Shown here: positions 11,785 to 24,267 of the stretch, piece by piece
Layout: every line of letters starts with the position of its first letter
How positions within the stretch are numbered: position 1 is the stretch's first letter
Assembly: GCA_964304625.1 (NCBI GenBank)
Contig: OZ199838.1
Span: 11,619,608-11,683,607, forward strand
DNA length: 64,000 bases
Direction: 5' to 3'
Source: Kudoa neothunni
Taxonomy: Eukaryota; Animalia; Cnidaria
Position numbers and translations under genes: made by a program
The notes under the pieces: generated by a model
Databases searched by the model: none
Told to the model about the DNA's origin: nothing
The model's input: only the letters and a program-made list of their open reading frames with translations

Positions 11785-14374
11785 CCTCAAGATACCTGGC
11801 AAAAAGTTACACGAATGCCTGAAGAGGACCGCTACGGTCCTATGAAGTTTAATCATAGTATAATTATATTTGAAACTATTTAACTACAAAGGTAAATAAA
11901 GCAATCAAATAACTTGGTTTTAAGTCTAAAAAAGTAAATAATTTGCAAATGTAAACTTATTCAAAATCGATATCGTAAAAATGAATCAAAATAACGTTAG
12001 TTCATATAATTTCTATATTTAAAATAAATTTATCATTTTCAAAATTGTTATTTATGATTGGAATTAGCGGTTTAATCTAGTTGTTATTTTGATTTATTGT
12101 CAAAAAACCATTATTATAAACATATAATTAATAAATTTTTTTTCTTATGACTACAAACGATAATTTAACTTAAAGAATACAAATTAATTTGATATTTTAC
12201 AACATGAAACTGAAATACATGTTTAAACTATCCATACCATCTCATTATAATGACATTAATTCTAATCGTTCTGTCTAAAATCTAAATAGGTAAACTATGC
12301 AAATAAGATATATTTTGCAGATATAATCAAATTTAATAGAAAAATTTTAAGCGCGTATAAAAATATGATGGAATAAAGTAGATAAATAATACAATATGTT
12401 TTATTTTTGGTTGCACCCATCGAAATCGGTATTTTCAATTCGGTGATTCCCGCAGACAAATTAGTTGCAACTTGAACAAATTCTCCTGCTTTTTTTCTTG
12501 TTTACTGAGCAAATATAACATGTACCTCTTCCAGATGGAGGTTCCTTCCCTTTTATTGGGATGGTTTTGAAATTGATAGCATCGTTTCCCAGAAATTCTT
12601 CCGCTAACATTTTTAAAAACTCTCTTGGGGATTATTTTTATGAGCAATTTTGAATTGTGAGTTTCGATAAACATACAAAAGATATGCATTATAGGCGGTT
12701 ATATCGATGATGATGATGATGAAGAAAATCGCCATCGGCCAACTACGAGTGGCTCTTTGTGGAATAGCAGCGGACAATTTGGTCAAACGTATCCACCCCT
12801 TTTTAGTTTGGTTGTAAAAATTTATGATCTCTGTTCTTTTCGACTCAGGATCAATATCACAACCTTGATGTGTGGAACTTAAAAGTGCCGCGGATCTATT
12901 TTTTTGGGATTGTATTTTACCACGGTAAATTTATCCTGAAATAAAAATTTCACATCGTTTGGTGTTCCTCTGGATGATTGAAATTCAAGGATGAGAAATT
13001 TATTATTTTTATGGAGAGTCTCCACAATCGTTGTTTTCTGAGACATTAAGTATCTCGCAAGTGACGATGTGGAAAAAAAATTGTCCGTGGTAACGTTACG
13101 ACTTTTTTTTAAATAAGGTGTAACTAAATCCTTTACCACATTTTCACCTTGGTTGGTTTCGACAACACCGTTCACCTTACCAATATATACCTTTGCATTG
13201 CATATATATGTGTTTGTTGCATCACAAAATGGCTATATTTTTATCCCATACTTTCCAGGCTTAGAAGGAATGAACATTTTGAAGGGGAGCGACTTCTAAA
13301 TGTGACAATCTGTTCATCCATGGTCAATTGTAATGAAAGTTGTAACTTTGTTTACACGTCTTTATAAACTCAACAAATATATATTTGATGGGGAAAAGTT
13401 TATCTTATCTATCCCTGGTTCTTCTCTTGTCGAATCTAAGACAAGTTGCAAAATCTTCAAAGCGACTTCTTCTAATTTTTGCAATTAGTGATTGAAGACC
13501 ATATTTTTCAGTCAAAAATTCTTGGATGTTTTCATTGCGCCAATTAGTAAGATAGCTCCCAAGAAAATTTTCAACTCGACCATATTTATCTCTTTGACAT
13601 TGGGTTTTCTTGTTAAATAAATTTTTGGGTACAATATTGGATCTCTTCCAACATTTTATTAGTAAAATAATTATTAAAATCCCTTAAGGGGGTTTGGCCA
13701 TTCTGGAATGCTTTTTTGTAAATTCCACTTTTACATTATAAATATTTTCCGTTGTTGGCCTCCTTTCAACTTGGATTGGTGTTTTATGCCATTTTCTCCA
13801 TCTTTGGAGACAAGAAAAGAGACATGGGTCATATCTTCAATATTCGCATCCCTATCGTAAAAGCATCATCGTCGACTGGTTCATTAATTATTTTTTCCAA
13901 GTCCTCGGAACCACTTTCAATGTATAGTACATCTCAGCAATTTCATAATCGTGTAGAAAATATGTTCTTCGTTAGAATTCTTTTTTTAAGAAAATTTCTT
14001 GTTGAGCTCGCAAGCTTATAAAATAAATTCAATTCAAATTTTTGATTAAACACATAATAAGTCATAGACTGTTTTAGAATATTTTATATTGTTTATGGAA
14101 TATAACATTAAATTTAGAATGGCGTAATTATTGTAAAAAATATTAATTTTGTTACCAATTACACGTTGACCGAAATGATTCATCTCAGGTACTTGCGTAA
14201 CTTTTTTGTTGACTTATTTTTACAAAAATTCTCGGAACTTCCAGCTCTATTATTTTAAAATTTAATAAATCACACCTAAAGCGTAAAATAGGAATACATA
14301 AGAAAGTTTTAAAAATTGCAAGCAAAACGATATTAAACTTTTATCTCCCGTGGATCATTCCAGGTATTCGAGGG
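11785..14374 (-). mobile_element. Decayed piggyBac element with a frameshifted transposase pseudogene (~12435-14020)
   Basis: TTAA|cctcaagatacctgg versus ccaggtattcgaggg|ttag. Asymmetric subterminal inverted repeat (aaaaagttac at ~11801 and ~14197). DDD-motif remnants LTMDEQ, TTDNFF and YNQTKKGVDTFDQ lie on the minus strand across stops and frameshifts. Confidence 0.9.
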
Positions 14375-14424
14375 TTAGAGAAGAAAATTAGGTAAGCCAG
14401 ATAAAAACAACCCACTTATACATT

Positions 14425-14607
14425 TCATGGATAATAATTATAATATTTATTGGATCTGGCGGTTTTCATTCGCATATTTTTGACAAGTAATTCATAGTGT
14501 GGTATTTGGTTAGTCAATGAGACACGCAAATCGTTTCCGGGAATCAGTGAATCCCGATATTTATTCTTTGCATATAATAAAGAGGTGAAGCCCCCATCAA
14601 ATGCCAC
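14425..14607 (-). pseudogene. hAT (Buster/ZBED5-like) transposase C-terminal dimerisation-domain fragment
   Basis: GFTSLLYAKNKYRDSLIPGNDLRVSLTNQIP matches the GFS..K.KYR..L...DLR..LS...P signature of Buster-type transposases. Confidence 0.75.
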
Positions 14608-17225
14608 ATTGCGCTTAATAGACCTAACAATTGCCTTATTATGTATTGAATCTGTATTTAGTTTAAACTTTAAGGTAGTGGGTTAATAAAAATTTAATAG
14701 ATCCAAATAGATGCCTTTTATATGTATCTGAATAAAAGCAACAAATATAAACTGTAAAATTTTGAATTTATTGATTTATGTATAAGTGAATGCTCTGACC
14801 TTCATTGTACCGATGTTTTTAAAGAAAATTTATTATCAAGACAGTTTAGCTCAAGTACATAGCAGAGATCAGGTAAAAATCCTAACATAAAACTTGAAAT
14901 GTAACGTTATATAGCTTATATAATTACATGATGAATCTCAAATTTCGACGAAGGAAAAATTTAAGAACGTATCGTGGTTTCATTTTTAAGGATATAAGTT
15001 ATTCCGAACTAGATAATAATCTTGACAACCTAATCACAGCTTAGGTACATAAATATGTTACTTTAAAAGATAACAACGTTATGATTTTACGTGAAAATAG
15101 ACAGTGCATGATTGTGTAGGCGGAATAGGCATTATACAAACTATTGCCTTATTGCGCTATTTCATAGAATCAAGTAAAATACTTTCTAAATTAAATTAGT
15201 TTTTATATCGGATTTTTTAATAGAAATTATTGATAGCGAGACACCCATATATATTACTACACAGATTACGTCCTTACGTGATTTATACTTGGTTTAACGA
15301 AAATTAAGCAATAAATAAATTTAAGATTTATTTTCAAATTTATTCTAGAATGACTCCGCACCACCTGCAGGGAGTCTGTTTTAGATGATAACAGCTGAAA
15401 TTTTTGATGAATAATACAGTATATATTACGGCAAGACTTTCCTGAAAAATTTCTTTTATTGTACAAACTTCATCTCACAATCCCCAAAAAAATTTTTAAC
15501 GCCTTAAAATTTTATGAATCTAGCCAGCCATACTTGAACGTACAAATCTGCGGTGTGCTCTTTCAATACAAAAACCTGTTTTCCTCAGTCTATTATGTAT
15601 ATGTGAGGGGATAAATAAGTTTTAGTCTAATCATTGGTCTATTCGAAATTAATAAAAATTTAATATTTTTAAATCATTATTATTATATAATCATTGATCA
15701 TATAATAATAAAAGGATAGAAGCTATTTCGAGTTTTACGCAATAATTTAAGGATCCTCAGTTATTTACCAGACCATTATATCACGAGACTATTTTATTAA
15801 AATAATTCAACCAAATTATAGCCTAAAATCCAATTTGTTATGCTTCCTTAACTGAATTTTAATTTTTGACTGAAGATGGTGTATAGGGATTTTTAATGAA
15901 CACTCTTGAGAGAGAGTGAACAGAACTGCGGAAGCAACCGAGTATTTTTAAACATCTTACCAAGAAGATGCCTCATAATTACAATAACATTATTTTCTAC
16001 AAATATTTATTCGATCCCACGCAACATATTAAAAAAGTAATGCCCATAAACTTTTAATTTCTGCTGATTAATACATGTCCTACCGAATTAAATGAACTAT
16101 TTTTCAAAGAATATCAACTTTATTTTGATGTTTACAAACTAACTAATATCCCTATCTATGTGGAGGTTAGAATATTGATACATGAATAGTATAAACATGG
16201 GTTTTTATCAAAACAGAAACAAGTAAATCCTGGTTTTGAACATTTATATAAGAAAAAACAAATATTTGAACCAACATAACAATGTTTTTTTATTTATACA
16301 GTAAAATTTAAACAATAAAATATAGCACAAACCCCCTTGAGGAAACAATCAAACCCAATCAAACATCCATTTATACTTCATTATTATTATTATACTAAGA
16401 AGATTAATAATTTAATAATTATTATTTTAAATCTTTAAAAATAGGATAATAAGAATTTAATAGGCCTATTATAATTAACGATTCCCAATTCTAATACTCA
16501 AGAATAATTTAAGTTATGATGATCAATATATTGAAAAATAGAACGATAGATTTCATATGTGAAATACATAACACAAACAAATGGAGTATTTAAAATGTTA
16601 AACATTAGTTTATTTGTTGATAGCGAATTGAGAAAACATCGTATTTCCGCTGAGCGTCCCTTATCAGAATATTACTATCTATTTTATCTAACAATAAATA
16701 ATCAACGGACAAACTGCTGATCATTGGCTGGGTTGTATTATGTTTTTAATGACACCATTATCCATATTAAGAATTAATTTCTTACATCATTTATTATAGA
16801 ATATTTTCTTGGTGTCGTAGATGAGGATAACAGAATATTTAAAAGTGAACAGAAAATAATTTGATTTTAAATAAACAAAACAGCATATCTAACACTATAT
16901 TATTCTTTTGGTAAACCTAGTCAATAATATTTTACAAGTTAATAACTATTAGTATTAAACGAATTTGGTGTACATCGTGATCTATTCAAACCTCCCACCA
17001 CATTAATCATCTTAATATTAATTTATTGTATTATACATCACTGTATTTTCAGCCAAACATTAATTAGAAATACGATAAATCGCGAAATAATTTTCAAAAA
17101 TTACAAATGTTATATTATTCATTCCCTCCACTATTTAACCCTTTGATAATATTAAATGGTATTAGGATTAATGCATTTTAACGACCATCATTTGGTAGAT
17201 AGGGTTTTCAACAGGATAACATAAG

Positions 17226-19306
17226 ATGAGTGGTGGGACTTCAAGCAACAAATCGCTATACAAGGTATATCATTATTGTAGCTATAATAGGTGTCATTGT
17301 TGGGGTGAATTTTCTCAGGGTAGGCATTAATTTCGAGGTCAAATCTCACTTTTGTTGATAGACTAGTTTACAATTATTCAATCATGACTGTTTGTTAGAT
17401 ACCTTTATCAGTCTTTAATTGATAATTGGTTATTATTATTTCTGCACCTCCATTTTACATAATTCTAAAAAGGTTCAATCGGTATAGTTCCAATTTTAAT
17501 TCTATTTTTACCATTCAATTAAATAGAAATATTATTCTATTAATCATCCTAATTTCCACATTATTAATGTTAATTAAATTTATGAGATAATTTTCCCTCC
17601 GAAATGTTGATCTGATTTAATTTTGTTTCATTTTTAGGAAAAGATGGATCAGGTTACAAGCACGCTTTCCTATCCAACTGCGAATGCAGGTTCGACTTTA
17701 GGCGGGAGAATCGGCCGCACTGAACCCAACCTTAACGTTGCTCCCGAATCCACAAATTATTCGACCGTGAATGATTTATCGATCGTTAACAATCCAACTT
17801 GTTTTTCCAACTTTAACCCCCAGTTTTTCGATCTATATAATCAACCACTCAACCCTCAGTTTTCCAGTTTGAATGATCCTAATTTTTACAACGCTGCCAC
17901 GAATAACAATGTATTTTTTGGGTATACAGCCAATCCACAACCTACCAACTATCTAGGTGGTTTAAACTTGTTTTATTTTTTATTACATATAAAAAAATAG
18001 AAAACACCCTTAATGAAAGTTTTTCCGTTGATAGTACAAGGGAAAACGATTTCAATAACGTAAACTATGAGAATCGTGCTTATGGCAGTATCTATGGTCA
18101 ACCGAGCGCAAATCTAAGTAGTTTATATCCACAATATGCTCCCAGTCCATCAGCCAATCAAAAAATGGCTTCTACACCAAACAAATATAATCCTCAAGAT
18201 TTCAACAAAGTTGAAAAAATGGGGTCTGAGTTTTATCCAAAAAAAGCCAATATAAAAGTTGACGGATCAAGCCACATCAGCTACACCTCCCAAAAAGCAA
18301 ATTCTCTCGATCAACCACCAAATAGAAATGTTTCTAATGAATTTAAAAAACCAAGTTTTACTGGCACGTTTTTCTCACCAAACCAAGGTAAACAAAAATT
18401 TGAATAAAAACTGACCCAGCTTTATTAACTTTTATAGCCATAGGTTTCAATCCTGATGGATACAGTGCTAGTCTCAAATCTGGTCCTTACAATGAATACA
18501 ATCAATTTCCCTTAGCCCAAGGGCAAAGCAACCAAACAACATCTTACTCACAATTCAACCCTTTCTACACTAGAGCAAACGATTCACCTATGCATATGGC
18601 GCCGTTCATCGCACCAGGCCAAGATATCTACACAAAGTCTCAACAGAGTTTCTCCCCAATACGAGGCAACTTAGATGGCTGCACGTATCCTAGCCAAAAC
18701 ACGTCAGTATGCAGTTATGCTAACTGCGGAGATTGTTTAGGCTTCAATCCTCAGTATTATTCGAACTTGAATCAACCTTTTCATCCTCCCCAGCTTGATC
18801 TCAACAACGCAACCACCATCAAACCATTTCCAAACAATCCCAACAATCCTTTTATTGCTGAATCGCCAAAACTCAGATATTCCGCTGTCGGTCGTCAGTT
18901 ACTGTCAAAAGGTCTTTTTATTTTTTAGTCAAAGTAGCGCTGAACATTGCAATAGGTGGTGATATTGGATCAAAAATTATTTCGCCTAAGAAAAAACGAC
19001 TGAGAATGTCCTACAGTAGAAAACAATTGAGCTATCTGGAGGGCGAATACCAAAAAAAATCATTTCCTTCAACGAGAAAGAAGACTGGAAATATCCAAAC
19101 AGCTAAATCTTAGTGATCGTCAAATCAAAATATGGTTTCAAAATAGACGAATGAAGCAAAAACGAAATGATATGACGACCAAAAGTGGAAATGAATCTCC
19201 AAAAACTGAATCAAATTGTTCACCGCATTTCGAGCAAGATAGCCAAGAAAATGTTTTCCATAATAGCTCGCCCCCAAAACGACACGAATCCATTATTGAC
19301 AAATAA
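17226..19306 (+). CDS. ANTP/HOXL-class homeobox gene (posterior-Hox-like) with a 1-nt frameshift inside the homeobox. Proposed exons 17226-17264, 17638-~17956, 18001-18387, 18438-18890, ~18929-19306
   Basis: GT-AG introns join the ORF-track pieces in frame. Removing one A from the A8 run at 19052-19059 gives a 60-aa homeodomain [60 protein letters not shown] (18991-19171). The first exon and the true C-terminus are less certain. Confidence 0.85.
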
Positions 19307-19970
19307 TAACGATAACACTCTACAAAATAATTCGACCGGCTATTCACACAAGGAAGATTCCGGCAACAATTCAGATACTATTGATGTCACCTGCAGTAAT
19401 AGCAGCAGTAGTGTTAATTCCATTAGTCATCCTGTTGATCCACTCATTGGCGAGAAAAAATCATTCTAAAATACCACCAACTCTCAGCTAATCTAATGTG
19501 GTGGGATCAAACTATTTGTCTGACTCCATCATCTATGCCTCTATACGTGGTTCTCACATCCACTATAATACTTTACATAACTAATTCTAAGTATTATTTA
19601 TTATTATATATTAAAATTAGTGGTGTAGATTTCTTACTCCATTGTCGTTATCCATAAACTTTATTTATTACGATTTTGCAATAAATTAAACCTCTTTATT
19701 CTATTTATTAATAATAATCGTGTATATTATCCGTGATTTGATCTGCATATACATTGATATTATTAAAAAAGTCATTTGTAAATATATTACTCGAATCTCA
19801 TAGAATATCCATCTAAACAATTATTAACATTATGTGAACAATCTAATAAATATTCATCATGTTGTGTATTGAAGTGTTAAAAAATTATAAAACATCATCT
19901 TAATTAATATCTTGGGTTTTGAAAGTATGCATTTTTCCTTTTTATGTATACATATATATATATATATATA

Positions 19971-21696
19971 CATTTGTGTCTCAATATTGCGACTCGATAC
20001 TGCGTAATTGAACTTTATTAGCATTATGTGTTTGAGTTCATTAAATAAAATACAAATATCGTATTAAGTATGCTTGAATGAATAAATAATTGCACAAAAA
20101 AAATTCTGAATAAGCGGATATCAAATAACTAATGAAGATGTAATAAAAATAATTGATTACTATAATTTTTTTAAGTCTATATCGGGTGCTAATGATATTA
20201 CTGTAAGACCTTTCGGTTTATCAATTTATATTAACATCAATATTGTTCGATAATTTAAAATAGGTTATTTAAATCTTTTTAGAAGTTTTTCTAAACAAGA
20301 CGAAACCATAGATTCAAATATTATAAAATTTTTAAAAATAATTAAACCCATTAAATATAAAGATATTAAAATAATTTTTACAACTGGGTAGTTTCAATGC
20401 GAGAAAAAAACTATTATTTAGTTTTTTAATGATCGAAAAATCTTGTATTATTGCCAAAGATATTTGATTAAATGATTTTAGTGGAACCTAGAGTGAGTTT
20501 AATAATTGCAGAAGGCGTTACGGTTTGATAATCTCAAATTACACGGAGGAGAGCGCTGATTTTGAATGTATTTTTCAATGGATGGGAAATTTTAACGAGA
20601 TTTCGTCAAGATACAATCCTGAATACATGTTAAATTTGGATGAGATGGCTCATTTTTATTATCAACTGTACAGCGTACGTCCACTATTAAAAATTAGCAC
20701 AATGTAAGGGTGTAGAACATTCGAAAGCGTCCTACGGTTTTTTTCAAAGTTTCATCGGCCGCATAAAAATTGCATTTAAAGGTAATTAGAAAATTTTAAG
20801 AAAAATCGCCGTTTTAGAGTAAATAATTAGCTTTCAGTTGAACGTCATTCGTAAATGAATGTGTGATTATCTTCATCTATATTTTATCAGATCTTCAAAG
20901 ATATGAACCAGAGGTTCGTTAAACAAAACAGAAAGGCATTAATTTTATTATGAACTGTGCTCATATCGTCCTTAATCGATGGGTTATTTCAAAAATATCC
21001 AGCTGCTATTTATCAATAACACTGCTTGTGCGGTGAGACCAATTGATTTGATAATAATTCATCGCTTAAAAGTGAAGTAGAGGAAAATATTATGCATAAA
21101 TGTGTTATTCAGAGAGGAGGACCAATAAATATTTAAATATGCTGTAATCGATTACTTAAATACGTCAAAACTGATTCGGGTAATGGTTACGGTTCAAAAA
21201 TTAGTAATTGAGTTAATAAGTCGCCTATTATCAAACAAAATTAATTTATTTTTTTCTTCATTTTTATTAAAAAATTAAGAAGATAAAACTTTAAAGTAAT
21301 ATGATGATGAAGAAATAGTATAAAATAATTAATAGCACAATTTTAATATTCATATGTGTAGATAATGTGTAATTAAATGAAGATGATCAAAGTAAATGTA
21401 CTTTTTGAAACGAAGATCCATATCTCATACACAACGATGAAATCGTTACAACGTTTCATGTAACAAATCTCATAAATCTGCGAAAAAGTCATTGAGAACC
21501 CTAATAAATCATTTAATGTATATCAATTTAGGACGTTGTACGCGAAATTATTAGTAAATAAATAAAAAAATTATAAAGAAGATGCGTTATTTTGTAAGAA
21601 ATGTTAAATTAGATATTATTGTGCGTGCGCGGATTCCGTGATATCGCTCAATCTTTCCCCGGTCACAAAATATTACGCAAAAATGAGACCTGACTG
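19971..21696 (+). mobile_element. Decayed Tigger/pogo (Tc1/mariner superfamily) element
   Basis: YNPEYMLNLDEMAHFYY matches the pogo Y.P..I.N.DETGLF motif. Degenerate terminal inverted repeats: catttgtgtctcaatattgcg versus reverse complement cagtcaggtctcatttttgcg. (TA)n runs flank both ends. Confidence 0.75.
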
Positions 21697-24267
21697 TGTA
21701 TATATATATATTCGTCCTTTAAATTTAACAAAAGTATCTATAGTTTGTTTTATTCTTCTTACATTTGTGAGTTTGTGACTTATGAAGTCGTAAAATAACA
21801 TTTAAATATAGAAAATATTATTATATGCCTAATAAATACGTCGGTAAAATTTCAAAATTAAAATAGAATTCTGTAAAAATATTTTAAGCTTCATATAATT
21901 AAAAATCAAAAGACAAACAAACAGTCTTTTCTTCTTAAAAACAGAATAATTAAATTTTATATTAAAAACTGACTAGGTGAATAAATATGACTTATATGAT
22001 GAAAGATCGATTAGTTTACTAAGTAGGCATTTTCTTAATCTTTAACTTAATTGGTGGATGATGCATGGAAATTAATTTAGGCATTCCTCACAAAACACTA
22101 AAACTTCCTTGACCTAGTAAGTTTCGGGAATTTTAAGTACATTATTTTAACGTATATAAATATAAATACTTAAGTTTGATAGTACGTAAAGTCTTTTTCC
22201 TATTAGATAGTAAAATACGGAAAAAATGAAGAATTGAACATGTATCGAAAACGATATGGAAAAATCCCCATGGACCTCATGCGCGATAAAAAATATTTAT
22301 TTTCGTGATAAATTTTCGTCCTAAACTTCAAAGGACATGCGGAGAGGGAATTTTTAATCCCAATAACTCTTATTAAAATGTTTCATACAAATTTTATTTT
22401 TGGAAATGTTATATTTAATTATTTCTGACCCACCATTTCATTTTTGGGGGTAAGAAATAATTGAATATAACAGATTCTAAAAAATTAAATCAGTAAAGAG
22501 CTTGTAAGTACGAGTTGCAGAAAGTTAAAATTCCCATTTGGCGTGCGTGAATACCGTGAGTGATTAAATTTTACCGTATCAATAACCCTTGCCTATGCAA
22601 ATAACCACTACCAACAAATAATTGTAGTAAGTTCTTACACAGGCATATATTTTTACAACCTTTTATTATCACCGTAAAATAATTATAATATCATTCATCG
22701 TGTTTTTTAAGGAGATAAATTTAAAAATCGTTTAGTTTTATCGTTTCTTCGACGAATAAAAACCCTTTTGTTAATTTTTCAAAGCAAAATATGTTGTATT
22801 CCGGAAAAATCTACTAAGTTTACATTAAACCCGTGTTTCCATGATTATATGAACTACCCTAAAACTGGACCTGATGAAACACTCAAAATCTAGGTATTCT
22901 GGATTATATAACTAAATATCTCTAACAATGCAATTTTATTTGGTAATTAATAATAATCAAAATTTTTATGGTAAAATAACTATTAAATACGTAGTTCTTT
23001 ATTTGACTGCCATTATATCTTCATTTTTTAAGAAAAGAAAAAAATGTTTATCAAATTATATGTTCCACATCGTATTTCTTTCAATAAAAACATTATTTTG
23101 TCCATTAAACAAAATTTGTAATTCTGTTGTATGAGCTAAATAATGCATAGGAAGTTTGTCTGCCATAATATAAGACCTAATGCCCTTTATTAAACTAAAA
23201 TAAACTTTAAGACCTGTCTTATATTTAGGGAAACACGCTAAAACATATAAAGGAGGGTTAAAAAAGAAAAATCCGTTGAAACCTACTTATATCAACACTT
23301 CTGATCCATTCTTAGGACGCATGTTAAAAAATATCGTCTAATCTCTTCTCAAAAATAGGAACGATAATATTCATGCCAATTAAAATAAATCAAATAGCCA
23401 ATTTCCAAAAACTATTTTATCCAATAATTTAAAGACTTATTAGCCTTGCAATTAAATTCGTTGGATCATCCTACGTTTTGAAATGTTGATATCCTAAGAA
23501 AAAATTTTTTATTATAAAATATTTTAAGAATAGATGATAATTCATTAAATTATAATTTAAACTTACACATTGAAATTAAAGTGAAATCACGCTCACATAA
23601 TTGATAATGAGTATTCATGTGTGTACAAAGAAGCCACGCAATGAGCGAACCCTTCACAATATAGGGAAAATATGTTCTGCAAAAGATTAACTTTTTCTTT
23701 ATTCAAGGGAAAAAATTTTAAGAAAAAGTGAAACTAGAAATTAATAATACATTCATAGACTAAACTAATATAGATAATTGTGAAGTACTCAATCTCGATT
23801 TACATATGTATGTCTGTATCAAAGTAAAAACAAATATTTCCTAATAATAATCCAACAATTTAATTAATTAAAAATCCGATAGTTGTCACGCAAAATAAAA
23901 ACCCTCAGAGTAGAAAAAATTAAAGATGGACAAAATTCAGTGATGACGACACAATACATTAGTATTGTAGAATGTAGATGGAAAGTAGGTTATGAAAACA
24001 CCTACCTTCATTGATAAAACGCGTTAGCAGTTCAGCTGACGTTATAAACTGTGACTAATTAATAGTCAACGAAACATCAGAGGGATCTATAACATCATAC
24101 TCTAATAGAAAAGAAATTAGTTGAATAAAGGGCACATCTCAGAAGTGTGGTAGATTTATTGATAACAAGAATAACAAATGAGATAAAAAAATTGAATTAA
24201 CCAGTAAAAAACAGTTAATAGTCGGAATCCAGTTTACAATTTACTTGTAGCACGATACACCAATTAT

